Shown: positions 11,091 to 23,159 of the stretch, piece after piece
How positions within the stretch are numbered: position 1 is the stretch's first letter
How the letters are laid out: the number at the start of each line of letters is the position of its first letter
Assembly: GCA_002269645.1 (NCBI GenBank)
Contig: NIVC01002759.1
Span: forward strand, 1 to 39,810
Reading direction: 5' to 3'
Source: Macrostomum lignano
Lineage: Eukaryota
Length of the DNA stretch: 39,810 bases
Translations under genes and position numbers: made by a program
The notes under the pieces: model-generated
Told to the model about the DNA's origin: nothing
Seen by the model: only the letters and a program-made list of their open reading frames with translations
Databases searched by the model: none

Positions 11091-11628
11091 GTATGTTGCC
11101 TAAGAAATAGATAAGTGAATCCCTAGGTTGCGCATGTGTTATGTGTATATATTGTATAATGATAATTACAATTACAATTTAATTTATATTACCTTAGTGC
11201 ATCCAAAAAGTTCTTAGACACCCCTACTATCTCTGCATCAATTCAATTGATTTTTATAAAAATTTACACAAACCTGAGCTTATATCTAATGAGTTCAGTG
11301 CTAAAGTTTTAGCTTAATTGGGTTGACAGAGCAAAAGCAATCAATTATTTGCTGAGAAACCTACAAAATTAGCAATGTAATTTTTGAAAAGCATCAAATA
11401 TAGACTCCTGTAGTAATATTGCTGCTCATTTGTTAAAAAAATTTATCAAAATATTACTGTTTTTGCTGAGTATTGATTTGGCATCCAGGGCCCAAATTGA
11501 GGAAGTCCAATCAAATTTGGATTTACCATGATATGCCTTTTGGTACAAAAAAACTAAATTCAATTTGTCCATCTTGTACAGAATCGCATAAAACTTCAGA
11601 TCTAAACTGATTCAGTGGTATTAACTGG

Positions 11629-13025
11629 ATGGCAAACCTGTCCCGAACAGATCAGCTGGCTTCTGCTAGGCCAGATCTCACCATCAAGTACGATGCAGAC
11701 TCCTCAGAAGCTGCTTGTACTTTTACTAGTCACGGCGAGAATGGATTCAAGTGTCTGCACGAATTCTACAGAGCCAAGACTTTGTGCGATGTGAAACTGA
11801 AGATTGGGCAGAAGGAGATTGCCTGTCACCGGCTTGTGCTGGCCTGCTGGAGTCCATACTTCTGTGCCATGTTCTCCACGCCTATGCAGGTGACACATGT
11901 TAACTGTTTGATTTTAGACTAGAAATTCTAAGCTAGGTTAGATTAATATAATTCATTTACTTGTTCTAGAATTGGTGGATCAGGATCAGAACTGGTGGGT
12001 CAGGATCATAACTGGTAGGTCAGGATCAGAACTAGTAGGTCAGGATCAATACTGGTGGGTCAGGATCAGAACTAGTAGGTCAGAATCAGAACTAGTAGGC
12101 CAGGATCAGAACTAGTAGGTCAGGATCAGAACTAGTAGGTCAGGATCAGAACTAGTAGATCAGGATCAGAACTAGTATGTCAGGATCAGAACTAGTGGGT
12201 CAGGATCAGAACTAGTAGGTCAGGATCAGAACTAGTAGGTCAGAATCAGAACTAGTAGGTCAGGATCAGAACTAGTAAGGTCAGAATCTGAACTAGTGGG
12301 TCAATATTGTACAATACAGCCACTCTATCCCTCATTAGGAGTCGAAAATGGAGTCGGTGACCCTGCACGACCTGGACCAGGAGATGGTTGCCAAGGTGAT
12401 AGATTTCTTCTACACTGGCCAGCTGTCTGTGACGCCGGGCAATGTCCAGTGCCTCATGCACACGGCCTGCCTGCTTCAGCTAGAGGAGGTGGTGCACTGC
12501 TGCGAGCGCTTCATCGCTCACAAGCTGGACGTCTCCAACGCCATTGAGGCTCGAATGTTCGCCCAGCAGCACAACCGAACTGGCCTGATTGCCGAGATTG
12601 ACAGGTTCCTGTGCCAGAACTACCAGCAGCTGGTCAATAGCGAGGTGTTCCACTCGCTGTCATTCGAGATGCTGCAGTCCATTTTGAAGTCGGATTCGTT
12701 GAATGTGCCCGACGAAGTGCGCGTCTTTGACAGCGTTGTGAAATGGGTGCATGCCGACCTGCCGGTTAGGAGAGCCCTGGTCAGCAAGTGAGTTGCACCT
12801 TATGAAGTTTGGTTGAATGTCGGTTGGTTAGTTAGTCAGTTAGTTAGTTAGTTAGTTAGTTGATTAGTTAGTTAGTGAGTCAGTTAGTTAGTGATTCAGT
12901 TAGTTAATTAGTTAGTGAGTCAGTTACTTAGTTAGTTAATTAGTTAGTTAGTTAGTTAGTTAGTGAGTCAGTCAGTTAGTTAGTTAGTTAGTTAGTTAGT
13001 TGATTAGTTAGTTAGTTAGTTAGTC

Positions 13026-13089
<64 letters not shown>

Positions 13090-13113
13090 GATTAGTTAGT
13101 TAGTTAGTTAGTC

Positions 13114-13145
<32 letters not shown>

Positions 13146-13173
13146 GATTAGTTAGTTAGTTAGTGAGTCAGTC

Positions 13174-13205
<32 letters not shown>

Positions 13206-13221
13206 GATTAGTTAGTTAGTC

Positions 13222-13256
<35 letters not shown>

Positions 13257-13827
13257 GAGTCAGTTAGTTAATTAGTTAGTTAATTAGTTAGTTAGTTAGT
13301 CAATTAGTTAGTTAGTTAGTTAGTTAGTGAGTCAGTTTGTTAGTTAGTTAGTGAGTCAGTTTGTTAGTTAGTTAGTTATTTATTTATTTAGTTAGTTAGT
13401 TAGTGAGTCAGTTAGTTAATTAGTTAGTTAATTAGTTAGTTAGTTAGTTAGTTAGTTAGTGAGTCAGTTTGTTAGTTAGTTAGTTAGTTAGTGAGTCAGT
13501 TTGTTAGTTAGTTAGTTATTTATTTAGTTAGTTAGTTAGTTAGTCAGTTAGTGAGTCAGTTTGTTAGTTAGTTAGCTAGTTAGTTAGTTAGTTAGTGAGT
13601 CAGTTTGTTAGTTAGTTAGTTATTTATTTAGTTAGTTAGTTAGTTAGTGAGTCAGTTTGTTAGTTAGTTAGCTAGTTAGTTAGTTAGTTAGTGAGTCAGT
13701 TTGTTAGTTAGTTAGTTATTTATTTAGTTAGTTAGTTAGTCAGTTAGTTATTTATTTAGTTAGTTAGTTAGTTAGTCAGTTAGTTATTTATTTAGTTAGT
13801 TAGTTAGTCAGTCAGTTATTTATTTAT

Positions 13828-13892
<65 letters not shown>

Positions 13893-14659
13893 CAGTTAGT
13901 TAGTTAGTCAGTCAGTCAGTCAGACAATCAGTCAGTCAGTCAGACAGTCAGTCCTGTGCCCGAACGGAATGCCAGCTGATGATGAGACTGTTAATGATAA
14001 TCAGCCCTATGCATTCCTCATCATTCGCAGCCTGCTTCATTGCGTCCGCCTAGCCCAGCTGCCATCGGACTACCTGATGGACTCGGTGAACTCGGACCCG
14101 CTGGTGCACAGCCAGCAGGCCTGCAAAGACCTGGTGCTGGACGCCTGCGCATTCCAGCTGAACCGGGCCAAGCACCGGCCGGTGGCGCAGCGGGTTTCTG
14201 CCCTGCCGCACTACCGGCCGAGGAAGACCTACGCTGGCAGCATCTTCTGCGTTGGCGGCCGGGGCACCCTGAGCGATCCGTACCGCAATGCCGAGGTGTA
14301 CGACCTGCTGGAGGAGCGCTGGATCACCGTGGAGCCAATGCACACTAAACGGCGACACGTCGGACTCGTATCGGCAAATGGTGAGCTTATTTTTGCTGTT
14401 TTCGATACATATTGGCTTAGGTGGCTAGTGTCTGCGCTTGTGTCTCTACATTCAGTCTGATATATCCAATATATTCCGTTTGTCTGCATGTGTCTCTATG
14501 CCTGTCCTAGTGTCTTTCTTAGTGTTGAGTTTCTGTCTGTCTTAGTGTCTTAGTGTTATTTATTACACCCATTTCTTAGTGTCTGTCTGTCTGTCTTTCT
14601 TAGTGTCTTAGTATCTTAGTGTCTGTCTGTCTGTCTTTCTTAGTGTCTTAGTATCTTAG

Positions 14660-14700
<41 letters not shown>

Positions 14701-14722
14701 TTCTTAGTGTCTTAGTATCTAG

Positions 14723-14773
<51 letters not shown>

Positions 14774-14882
14774 TTGAGTGTCTGTCTGTCTGTCTTTCTG
14801 TCTGTCTGTCTGTCTGTCTGTCTTAGTGTCTGTCTTAGTGTCTGTCTTAGTGTCTTAGTGTCTGTCTGTCTGTCTTTCTGCC

Positions 14883-14915
<33 letters not shown>

Positions 14916-14974
14916 TAGTGTCTGTCTTAGTGTCTGTCTTAGTGTCTTAGTGTCTGTCTGTCTGTCTTTCTGCC

Positions 14975-15011
<37 letters not shown>

Positions 15012-15154
15012 TAGTGTCTGTCTTAGTGTCTGTCTTAGTGTCTGTCTTAGTGTCTGTCTTAGTGTCTTAGTGTCTGTCTTAGTGTCTTAGTGTCTGTCTT
15101 AGTGTCTTAGTGTCTGTCTTAGTGTCATAGTGTCTGTCTGTCTGTCTTTCTGCC

Positions 15155-15239
<85 letters not shown>

Positions 15240-15452
15240 TAGTGTCTGTCTTAGTGTCTTAGTGTCTGTCTTAGTGTCTTAGTGTCTGTCTTAGTGTCTT
15301 AGTGTCTGTCTGTCTCTGTCTGTCTTTCTGTCTGTCTGTCTGTCTGTCCGTCTGTTTGAGTGTCTGTCTGTCTGTCTTTCTGTCTGTCTGTCTGTCTGTC
15401 TGTCTTAGTGTCTGTCTTAGTGTCTTAGTGTCTGTCTGTCTGTCTTTCTGCC

Positions 15453-15489
<37 letters not shown>

Positions 15490-16532
15490 TAGTGTCTGTC
15501 TTAGTGTCTGTCTGTCTGTCTTAGTGTCTGTCTTAGTGTCTGTCTTAGTGTCTTAGTGTCTGTCTGTCTGTCTGTCTGTCTGTCTTAGTGTCTTAGTGTC
15601 TGTCTGTCTGTCTTTCTGCCTGTCTGTCTGTCTGTCTGTCTGTCTTTCTGCCTGCCTGTCTGTCTGTCTGTCTGTCTTAGTGTCTGTCTGTCTGTCTATC
15701 GGTTATTCTATAATATATTGTATTTATAACCTCAGGCCTCGTTTACGCCGTGGGCGGTCACGACGGTCACGAGCACCTGTCCTCGGGCGAGATGTTCGAT
15801 CCGCTGGCCAACCGCTGGAGCCGCATCGCCAGCATGGCAACCAGGCGGCGCGGCCTGGCTGTGGCCACCCTCAGCGACTGCCTGTTCTGCCTGGGCGGCC
15901 TTGACGACATCGCCTGCTTCTACACAGTGGAGCGGTACAACCCCGTCACCGATAGCTGGGCCAACGTTGCCTCAATGGGCAGCCCTCGCGGCGGCCTCGG
16001 CGGCACCGCATTCCAAGACAAAATCTACGTGTTCGGCGGCAACGACTCGCTGACTTCCATCGCCACCTGCGAGCGCTACGACCCGGTGAAGAACATGTGG
16101 CAGCCGGCCGCGCCGATGGAGTTCAAGCGAGCGGGCGCCGGAGCGGTGGCTCTGGACTCCTTTATCTACGTGCTTGGCGGCTTTGATGACAACGCGCCGC
16201 TTGACTCGGTTGAGCGCTACGACCCGCGGGCGGACAAATGGACCCGGATGCAGCCCATGACCACCTGCCGTGGCGGCGTTGGCGTTGCAGCCCTGTGGGC
16301 AAGATCTAAGATCTACGCGATTGGCGGGCACGACGGCGAGGCCTACCTGGACACTGTTGAATGCTTCGACCCGGTGGCCAACCGGTGGGAACCGGTGCCC
16401 GGTATCAATTTAAAGCGGGCCGGAGCCGGCGTGTGCTTTGCCGACATCCCGATGCGATTGTTGAAATCGCCTAACAGCGTTGTTGCCTCAGCTGCGACTG
16501 CTTCTGCTGGTGCGACTTTCTTGCCGAGGTGA
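11629..16532 (+). CDS. KLHL8: Kelch-like protein 8 (BTB-BACK-6xKelch, CUL3 adaptor); join(11629-11889,12339-12787,14031-14380,15736-16532), 618 aa
   Basis: BTB ([30 protein letters not shown]) and BACK domains. Kelch repeats closely match KLHL8 (FCVGGRG...[39 protein letters not shown]). All GT-AG junctions are phase-compatible (0, 2, 1) and the total of 1857 nt is in frame. Confidence 0.9.
11974..12302. repeat. 20-bp minisatellite (GGTCAGGATCAGAACTAGTA)n in KLHL8 intron 1
   Basis: About 16 near-identical tandem units. Confidence 0.95.
12822..13953. repeat. (TTAG)n microsatellite with TGAG/TCAG/TTAT variants in KLHL8 intron 2
   Basis: Read directly from the sequence. Confidence 0.97.
14500..15697. 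repeat. Compound (TCTG)n / TTAGTGTC microsatellite in KLHL8 intron 3
   Basis: Read directly from the sequence. Confidence 0.97.
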
Positions 16533-16682
16533 TTTTGTTTTCAGGAGGTTCTTCAGTCGGATGTTTGGGTTGTTTGTCGTTAGGCAGAAATTCCGATTGG
16601 TTTGTCAGCTATGTTTAGGTTGTCATGGAGTAGCATTGTCAGTATTTAGGTTGTCAAACCTCGGTAGGCTTACTATATATTC

Positions 16683-17300
16683 GAGTTATTGTCAGACAAT
16701 AGGTTTGTCAAATGTTTGAGTTGTCAGACAATAGTTTTGTCAGATGTTTGAGTTGTCAGACAATAGGTTTGTCAGATGTTTGACTTGTCAGACAATAGGT
16801 TTGTCAGATGTTTGACTTGTCAGACAATAGGTTTGTCAGATGTTTGAGTTGTCAGACAATAGTTTTGTCAGATGTTTGAGTTGTCAGACAATAGGTTTGT
16901 CAGATGTTTGACTTGTCAGACAATAGGTTTGTCAGATGTTTGACTTGTCAGACAATAGGTTTGTCAGATGTTTGACTTGTCAGACAATAGGTTTGTCAGA
17001 TGTTTGAGTTGTCAGACAATAGGTTTGTCAGATGTTTGAGTTGTCAGACAATAGGTTTGTCAGATGTTTGAGTTGTTAGACAACTGTGGTTTGTCAGGAT
17101 GTTTGAGTTGTCAGACAATAGGTTTGTCAGATGTTTGAGTTGTCAGACAAAAGGTTTGTCAAATTTTTGAGTTGTCAGACAATAGGTTTGTCAGATGTTT
17201 GAGTTGTCAGACAGTAGGTTTGTCAGATGTTTGAGTTGTCAGACAGTAGGTTTGTCAGATGTTTGAGTTGTCAGACAATAAGTGTCAGATATTTGACTTG
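16683..17300. repeat. 32-bp minisatellite (TTGTCAGACAATAGGTTTGTCAGATGTTTGAG)n downstream of the KLHL8 stop
   Basis: About 19 tandem units, each made of two TTGTCAGA half-units. There are no unique spacers. Confidence 0.95.
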
Positions 17301-18011
17301 TCAGTTAAGATGTTTGTCCGACATTTCCGGTTGTGAAACGTTTGTCTGCTCTAATGAGCAGACTACCCACATCATTATAATCATATTATCTATTTCATTT
17401 TATCTACTTTTAAGAGTCAGATATCAAAATTGTTTGAACATAATTTACTTAGCATGTAATCATCGCGTCATATCTTACTTATCACGCAGTATTTTTGTTT
17501 TAACTTCTCCGCAGCTGTGATTTGAAAGTGGCGCATAATTTTTTCTTCATCACTGTTCTCGATTTCTCTGCTCATTCTACACTACATCCTAGATATTTTA
17601 ACTTATGCGTTTGGACGGCAAAGACATGAAAGTGCGTTATCTGTGTTAGCATTAAATAAAATTTAATAAAATGCATCGCAAAGCAAAGATTTGTATTCTC
17701 CAATTGTAAATATATGAATGAAATGGAAGCCTTTGTTAATATTTTGTAAATTGACGTTTTTCTTTTTACTTTTAACTTGTTATGGGCTGTCTATAATAAA
17801 GTCATTTCCAATTACCCGTTTTGTGATTTTGAATAGTTAAGATAATAAATTATTTCTTCTGTAAACTTTAGGAGAGTAAATTACAAGTTGCTTACCAGCT
17901 TAAATATACAGATTGTGCACTTTAAATAGCATGACAGCTAGTTTACAAAACTTCAATTGACTGATTGGTTAACTCATTACATGTACGAGTCAGTACCATA
18001 AGGACTACTCA

Positions 18012-18300
18012 AGTAGAAGAACGGGTAACTACACGCTTCTTTGATTTTTTAGGCAGATTTTAACGAAAAAAAAATTACGGAGAATATTGTTTACATTTTT
18101 CAGCATCAAATTTGTTATTGCTTTTGATAGGAGGCAAACCTAATGCTCATATTTTGATATGACTTGCTTTTATTCTTACAGCTCCATTGATAGTCGTAAA
18201 GGCTATAAGAATTAGGCAAGTTAAAACTATCAAACAAGCAGATATCAAATGATCAATTTACAAGGCATATTGCGCTTTGAAAATGTCACTTCACAATTTA
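18012..18300. mobile_element. Partial, diverged copy of the non-autonomous DNA element at 29485-29984
   Basis: Shares the left end AGTAGAAG..GGG.AAC and the exact 21-mer TATTGCTTTTGATAGGAGGCA (18116-18136 = 29587-29607), with collinear flanks. Confidence 0.6.
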
Positions 18301-18529
18301 GATAACTTGATGATACTCTAGCTTCAATAAATTTTTCTGCTCGCTCTGCAAGTCTAGAGAGAGCCTTGCTCTATTTTAGTATTTAGACTAGCTCACTTGC
18401 CCCCCCCCCCTGGGGGTACTAACTTGACAATTAAAGCATGTTGAAACTGAACATCTCTAGCCTGTTGAATGATCAGTTTTGCACGGTTTCAAACAAAGTT
18501 TTTAGCAGACATTATATTGAACTTTTCAG

Positions 18530-21500
18530 AGGTGTCAGTACTCAGCAAGACCGAGTGGTAACAGAGGCGGTCGAGAAGGGTTCGGAAATGGCGGCGGCGG
18601 TGGAGGGTTCGGAAATGGCGGCGGAGGGTTCGGAAATGGCGGCGGAGGCGGAGGGTTCGGAAATGGCGGCGGCGGCGGAGGGTTCGGAAATGGTGGTGGC
18701 GGAGGGTTCGGAAATGGCGGTGGCGGAGGGTTCGGAAATGGCGGCGGCGGAGGGTTCGGAAATGGCGGTGGCGGAGGCTTCGGAAATGGCGGCGGTGGAG
18801 GGTTCGGAAATGGCGGCAGCCGAGGGAGCTACGTAAACGGTGGCGGTAGTTACGGCAACAAAGGAGGTTTCCGAGGCGGTTCGAGTTCGAACCTGGACCC
18901 AGAATCCGGCTTGGGCTTCAAGCCTTTGCCATCATCGGCTTTGGCGTTTTCGAACTCCTCGGACCCATCAGTCGCCGAGGTCAGCAGCGGCGCCAGCGAC
19001 CTTCGAGCTCTCCGTCTTGAACGGCTTCGCCAGAAAGAGTCCGAGCTGGAGGCTGCCAGGAATCACCTGGGCTCCGTGAAGGATCAACCGATGCCCGTGA
19101 AGCCGCCGCCACAGGAGCAGCACCGACCATCTTGCTCGTGTCGGTGCCTGCAGACTCTGATGGCCACCGGGCAGACCCCTGGCGGCCAGCAGCTGCATCG
19201 TTGCCGTTGCGTCTGGACGGAGGTCACTGCTAACAGCTTCGCCGCCTTCGCTGCTACCCAGACTGGAAATTCTGCTCAGCAACCCGACAAGCTGGCCGAC
19301 ATGTCGCAGGTTGCCGATCGCCTGCTGTCCGACGCCGGGGTCCATCGAATCGTTCGTCGAGGCCAAGCAACCAACGAAGGCGCCGCCGCCGTGTCCGCAG
19401 TGGACGCCACTCTGTCGCCTGACGAGTTCGGGAGGAGGCTGGCCTTAGCGGAGGCGGAGCTGCGGCGCACGGTCAGTCGGATGCTGCTGTCGGCGGGGCA
19501 GCGGCCAGCAGCTGGCGGGGCTCGCCTGTCAGTGCTGGGCGGACTGATCTCTGACGGTCTGGGTGAGTGGCTTACTGCTTCTGGGGGCGGGCGCTGCAGC
19601 CGCTCGGCTGAGGTCTACTTGACCATGTTGCTTTATCCACCACCTCATTTCCTCCGCACCCTATCTCATTCCTTCTCCATCCTATCTCATTCCCTTCCCA
19701 TCCTATCTCATTCCCTTCCCATTTTATCTCATTCCCTCCCCATCCTATCTCATTCCCTCCCCATCCTATCTCATTCCCTCCCCATCCTATCTCATTCCCT
19801 CCCCATCCTATCTCATTCCCTCCCTATCCTATCATTCCCTTCGCACCCTATCTCATTCCCTTTTCATTTTATCTCCTTCCCTCCCCATCCTATCTCATTC
19901 CCTCCCTATCCTATCATTCCCTTCGCACCCTATCTCATTCCCTTTTCATTTTATCTCCTTCCCTCCCCATCCTATCTCATTCCCTCCCCATCCTATCTCA
20001 TTCCCTCCCTATCCTATCATTCCCTCCGCACCCTATCTAATTCCCTTCCCATTTTATCTCCTTCCCTCCCCATCCTATCTCATTCCCTCCCCATCCTATC
20101 TCATTCCCTCCCTATCCTATCTCATTCCCTCCCCATCCTATCTCATTCCCTCCCCATCCTATCTCATTCCCTCCCCATCCTATCTCATTCCCTCCCCATC
20201 CTATCTCATTCCCTCCCCATCCTATCTCATTCCCTCCCCATCCTATCTCATTCCCTCCCCATCCTATCTCATTCCCTCCCCATCCTATCTCATTCCCTCC
20301 CCATCCTATCTCATTCCCTCCCCATCCTATCTCATTCCCTCCCTATCCTATCATTCCCTCCGCAACCTATCTCATTCCCTTCCCATTTTATCTCATTCCC
20401 TTTCCATCCTATCTATCATTCCCTCCCCATCCTATCTCATTCCCTCCCTATCCTCTCTCCTTCCCTCCCTATCCTATCTCATTCCTTTTCCATCCTATCT
20501 CATTCCTTTTCCATCCTATCTCATTCCCTTTCCATCCTATCTCATTCCCTCCCCATCCTATCTCATTCCCTCCCCATCCTATCTCATTCCCTCCCCATCC
20601 TATCTCATTCCCTCCCCATCCTATCTCATTCCCTCCCCATCCTATCTCATTCCCTCCCCATCCTATCTCATTCCCTCCCCATCCTATCTCATTCCCTCCC
20701 TATCCTCTCTCCTTCCCTCCCTATCCTATCTCATTCCTTTTCCATCCTATCTCATTCCTTTTCCATCCTATCTCATTCCCTTCCATTTTATCTCATTCCT
20801 TTTCCATCCTATCTCATTCCCTCCCCATCCTATCTCATTCCTAAATATAATGGCATTCTATCACCATTCTGTCTCACCCAATCTCCATCCCATCTCAGCC
20901 TGTCCCCAGACTCTCTCCCTCTTTATCCCCCATGTTGTCCCTCATCCCCATGTCTACTTGCGTATCTCATTATCCCATCTCTGCATTCTTTACCACCGCA
21001 ACTATAAGCCGAAACCCTTATTTCCACCGTCAGTTTAACCTTTCCTACTGCTCATGCCCGTCAATACGGCTGGCGCACTTTGACAGCTCGCCAGTTCACT
21101 ATAAAAACTCTCCGCCTCTCTCCCTTCACAGCGCGCTGCTTCAGCCGCCAGCCGCAACGCCGACTGCTTATCGACGCTGTCTCGCTGGCAAATCTTCGCC
21201 GTCTGACCGCCTCGGTGTCGGCGGCCTCGCCGCTGCTCCTCGTCACCGATAGCGTTGGCCTCGCCGCGGCCGCGCCGCTTCTTGTCCAGCTTCGCCCCGT
21301 CCTGCTGACTCCCGCGCAGTCTTCGTTGAACCCAGCCGACGTGCTGAAGTTCGATCGGCTAGTCCTGGATGATCCCAGCTTCGGCGAGCTCGTCCTGATG
21401 TCGCTGGTGCACCTGACCGCGGCTGGCCGGACTCTCCTGTGGGTTGTCGATCAGCATGTCGGCGACGTTGCCGACGCCAATAACGCCGAGCAGGATGCGG

Positions 21501-23148
21501 CTTTCGACCTGCTGTCCGAGGCGCTGACGTCTGGCGAGCTACCCGACGTCGTTGCCTGCTCACTGGCTGTCGCCGTTGAAGACGACGACTTCGACAATTG
21601 TCGGCCGCTGTCTATCGCCGCGGCGGTTCTCGGCGAGGCTGTCGGATTCCGCGATTGGCTGATGATGATGGGCGGCGGCAGCTCGGACGGTCCGCGACAG
21701 TCGCTGGAGCGGCTACGCAGGCACCTGCTGTGGTGTCTGCACTTTCACCGACCGTTGATGCCCAAGCAATTGGTGGATTTTGCCGACCTCATGCTGGGTT
21801 GCTCTGGACCGGGCGCTGGCAACCAGTCTATCGGACTTTGCGTAAGAGTTTTTATATGAATTCATCCTGCGAGTACAAACAACTTTTGGAATCTTGGTGT
21901 CTGAATAAGCACTGTTAAAGCTGGGTTTATGCATAGTCTTAGGCTTTGAAATGGTTTTTAAGTACGCCAAAGTGGTTGCTAGGACTCCTAAAGAGGTTTC
22001 TAATGACGTCAAAGTCGTTTCTAGAGCGCCAGAATGCTTACTATTAATATCAATGCAAAAAAATGGTTGTTAGGGACATCAAAGTGGTTGCTAGGCACTT
22101 AAGTGTTTGCTATGGCTGCAAATGTAGTTGCTAGGGCCGCCAAACCGGTTACTAGGGCTGCTTAATTAAAGAGTTAAAAAGATACTCAATGTTTGCTACG
22201 GACGCTAAGTTGTTTGCTATGTTGTATTTCCCTATCGCCGAAAAACCCGATATCCCACAGTCTCTCGACGACTGCGCCTCGTTTCTGACCGACCAGCTGA
22301 GATTCGCCTTCGCCTTCAGCTACGACTCCGAGGCGGCTCTGCGCGCCTGGTTGGCGCCGTCATCAGCTGGCAGCAGCCGGCGCCTCCTGCCGCGGCCGAT
22401 TGCGGACCGCCTGCTGCCCGTCTGCCTGACGGCCGCCCTGCTGGCCAACCAGCTGGGCCTGGCGGTTCAGAGCTGCGTGCTGCGGCACCAGCTGGTTGAG
22501 TCCTGCTCAGCGCTGCTGCTCAGTCTGGCGCATCGCCTGCCGCAGCTTCGCCTCCTTGGCCGGGCCTGCGGCGCCGGCCTGTCCGCCGCCGATGCCCGCT
22601 TCGCCGAGCTGGACGTGGCCGGCAGCCTGGCCGAGTCCGCGGTTGACTGCCTGCTGGCCATCGGTGCTCTGGACTATCCCGAAGACGATGCCGGCGAGGA
22701 TGTCGAAGGAGCGGACGGCACCGACATCGCTGCCGGTGCCGCTTTTGCCGACGATCCCGGAGCTTCGGCAGCGGCGGCGCGGTTCCGGCTGAGAAATCTG
22801 GCGTTGAACCCGACGGCTGCCAGCCTGGTGGTGAGGGAGGCGGGTCGGGCCTGCCTGCTGCAGCTGGGCGATCTGTGCCAGACGGAGCTGCGCCGGATGT
22901 CGGCGCTGCTGTGTCGCCTTCTTGACGGAGCCGATGCCACCGTGGGCGGCGACGGCGTTGACGCGGAAGAATTGGCGGATTTGGAGCGACTCCGGGCGCT
23001 GGGATTGTTCGCCGCCGCCGGTCGTGGCGGCTATCGGCTGAGACCCGGCGATGATGGCGGCGATGAAGGCGGCGATGCCGAGAGTCTCGATGGAGCTGCG
23101 ATTGAAGCTGGGGAGCTGCTGCGGGCTGTTGAATTGGCTCTGCTTTGA
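18530..23148 (+). CDS. Uncharacterised protein with an N-terminal Gly-rich (GGFGN)x10 region; join(18530-19562,21132-21841,22261-23148), 876 aa, 5'-partial
   Basis: Three GC-rich open exons with strong splice sites (TTTTCAG, GTGAGT, TTCACAG, GTAAGA, CCCACAG). Phases 1 and 0 are compatible and 2631 nt is in frame. An in-frame TGA at 18518-18520 means an upstream exon is needed; the candidate is 17605-17631. Confidence 0.75.
19640..20845. repeat. 21-bp pyrimidine-rich minisatellite (ATCCTATCTCATTCCCTCCCC)n in intron of gene 2
   Basis: More than 50 units. The spurious SHSLPIL ORF is a by-product of the 21-nt period. Confidence 0.95.
21960..22165. repeat. Degenerate ~21-bp repeat (CCAAAGTGGTTGCTAGGRC) in the second intron of gene 2
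   Basis: GGTTGCTAGG, AGTTGCTAGG and GGTTACTAGG recur with CAAA flanks. Confidence 0.6.
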
Positions 23149-23159
23149 TTCAGAAATGA

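Noticed and set aside
11193-11225. Tc1-like terminal repeat remnant (TAGTGCATCCAAAAAGTTCTTAGACACCCC)
   Set aside because: I found no partner TIR, and the resemblance is too loose.
16683-17300. CRISPR-like appearance of the 32-bp (and 20-31-bp) arrays
   Set aside because: The repeats are head-to-tail with no unique spacers, there are no cas genes, and the context is eukaryotic.
18438-18836. ORF with GSEMAAAE repeats
   Set aside because: It is an alternative frame of the Gly-rich exon and stops at 18836. The GGFGN frame continues into the rest of the gene.
19563-21007. 3' part of the 698-aa ORF 18911-21007 (SHSLPIL repeats)
   Set aside because: This is read-through past a strong GTGAGT donor into a stop-free 21-bp minisatellite. 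The spliced model is phase-consistent.
21960-22165. GTTGCTAGG half X-boxes in the gene 2 intron
   Set aside because: These are half-sites within a degenerate tandem repeat, with no full palindrome.
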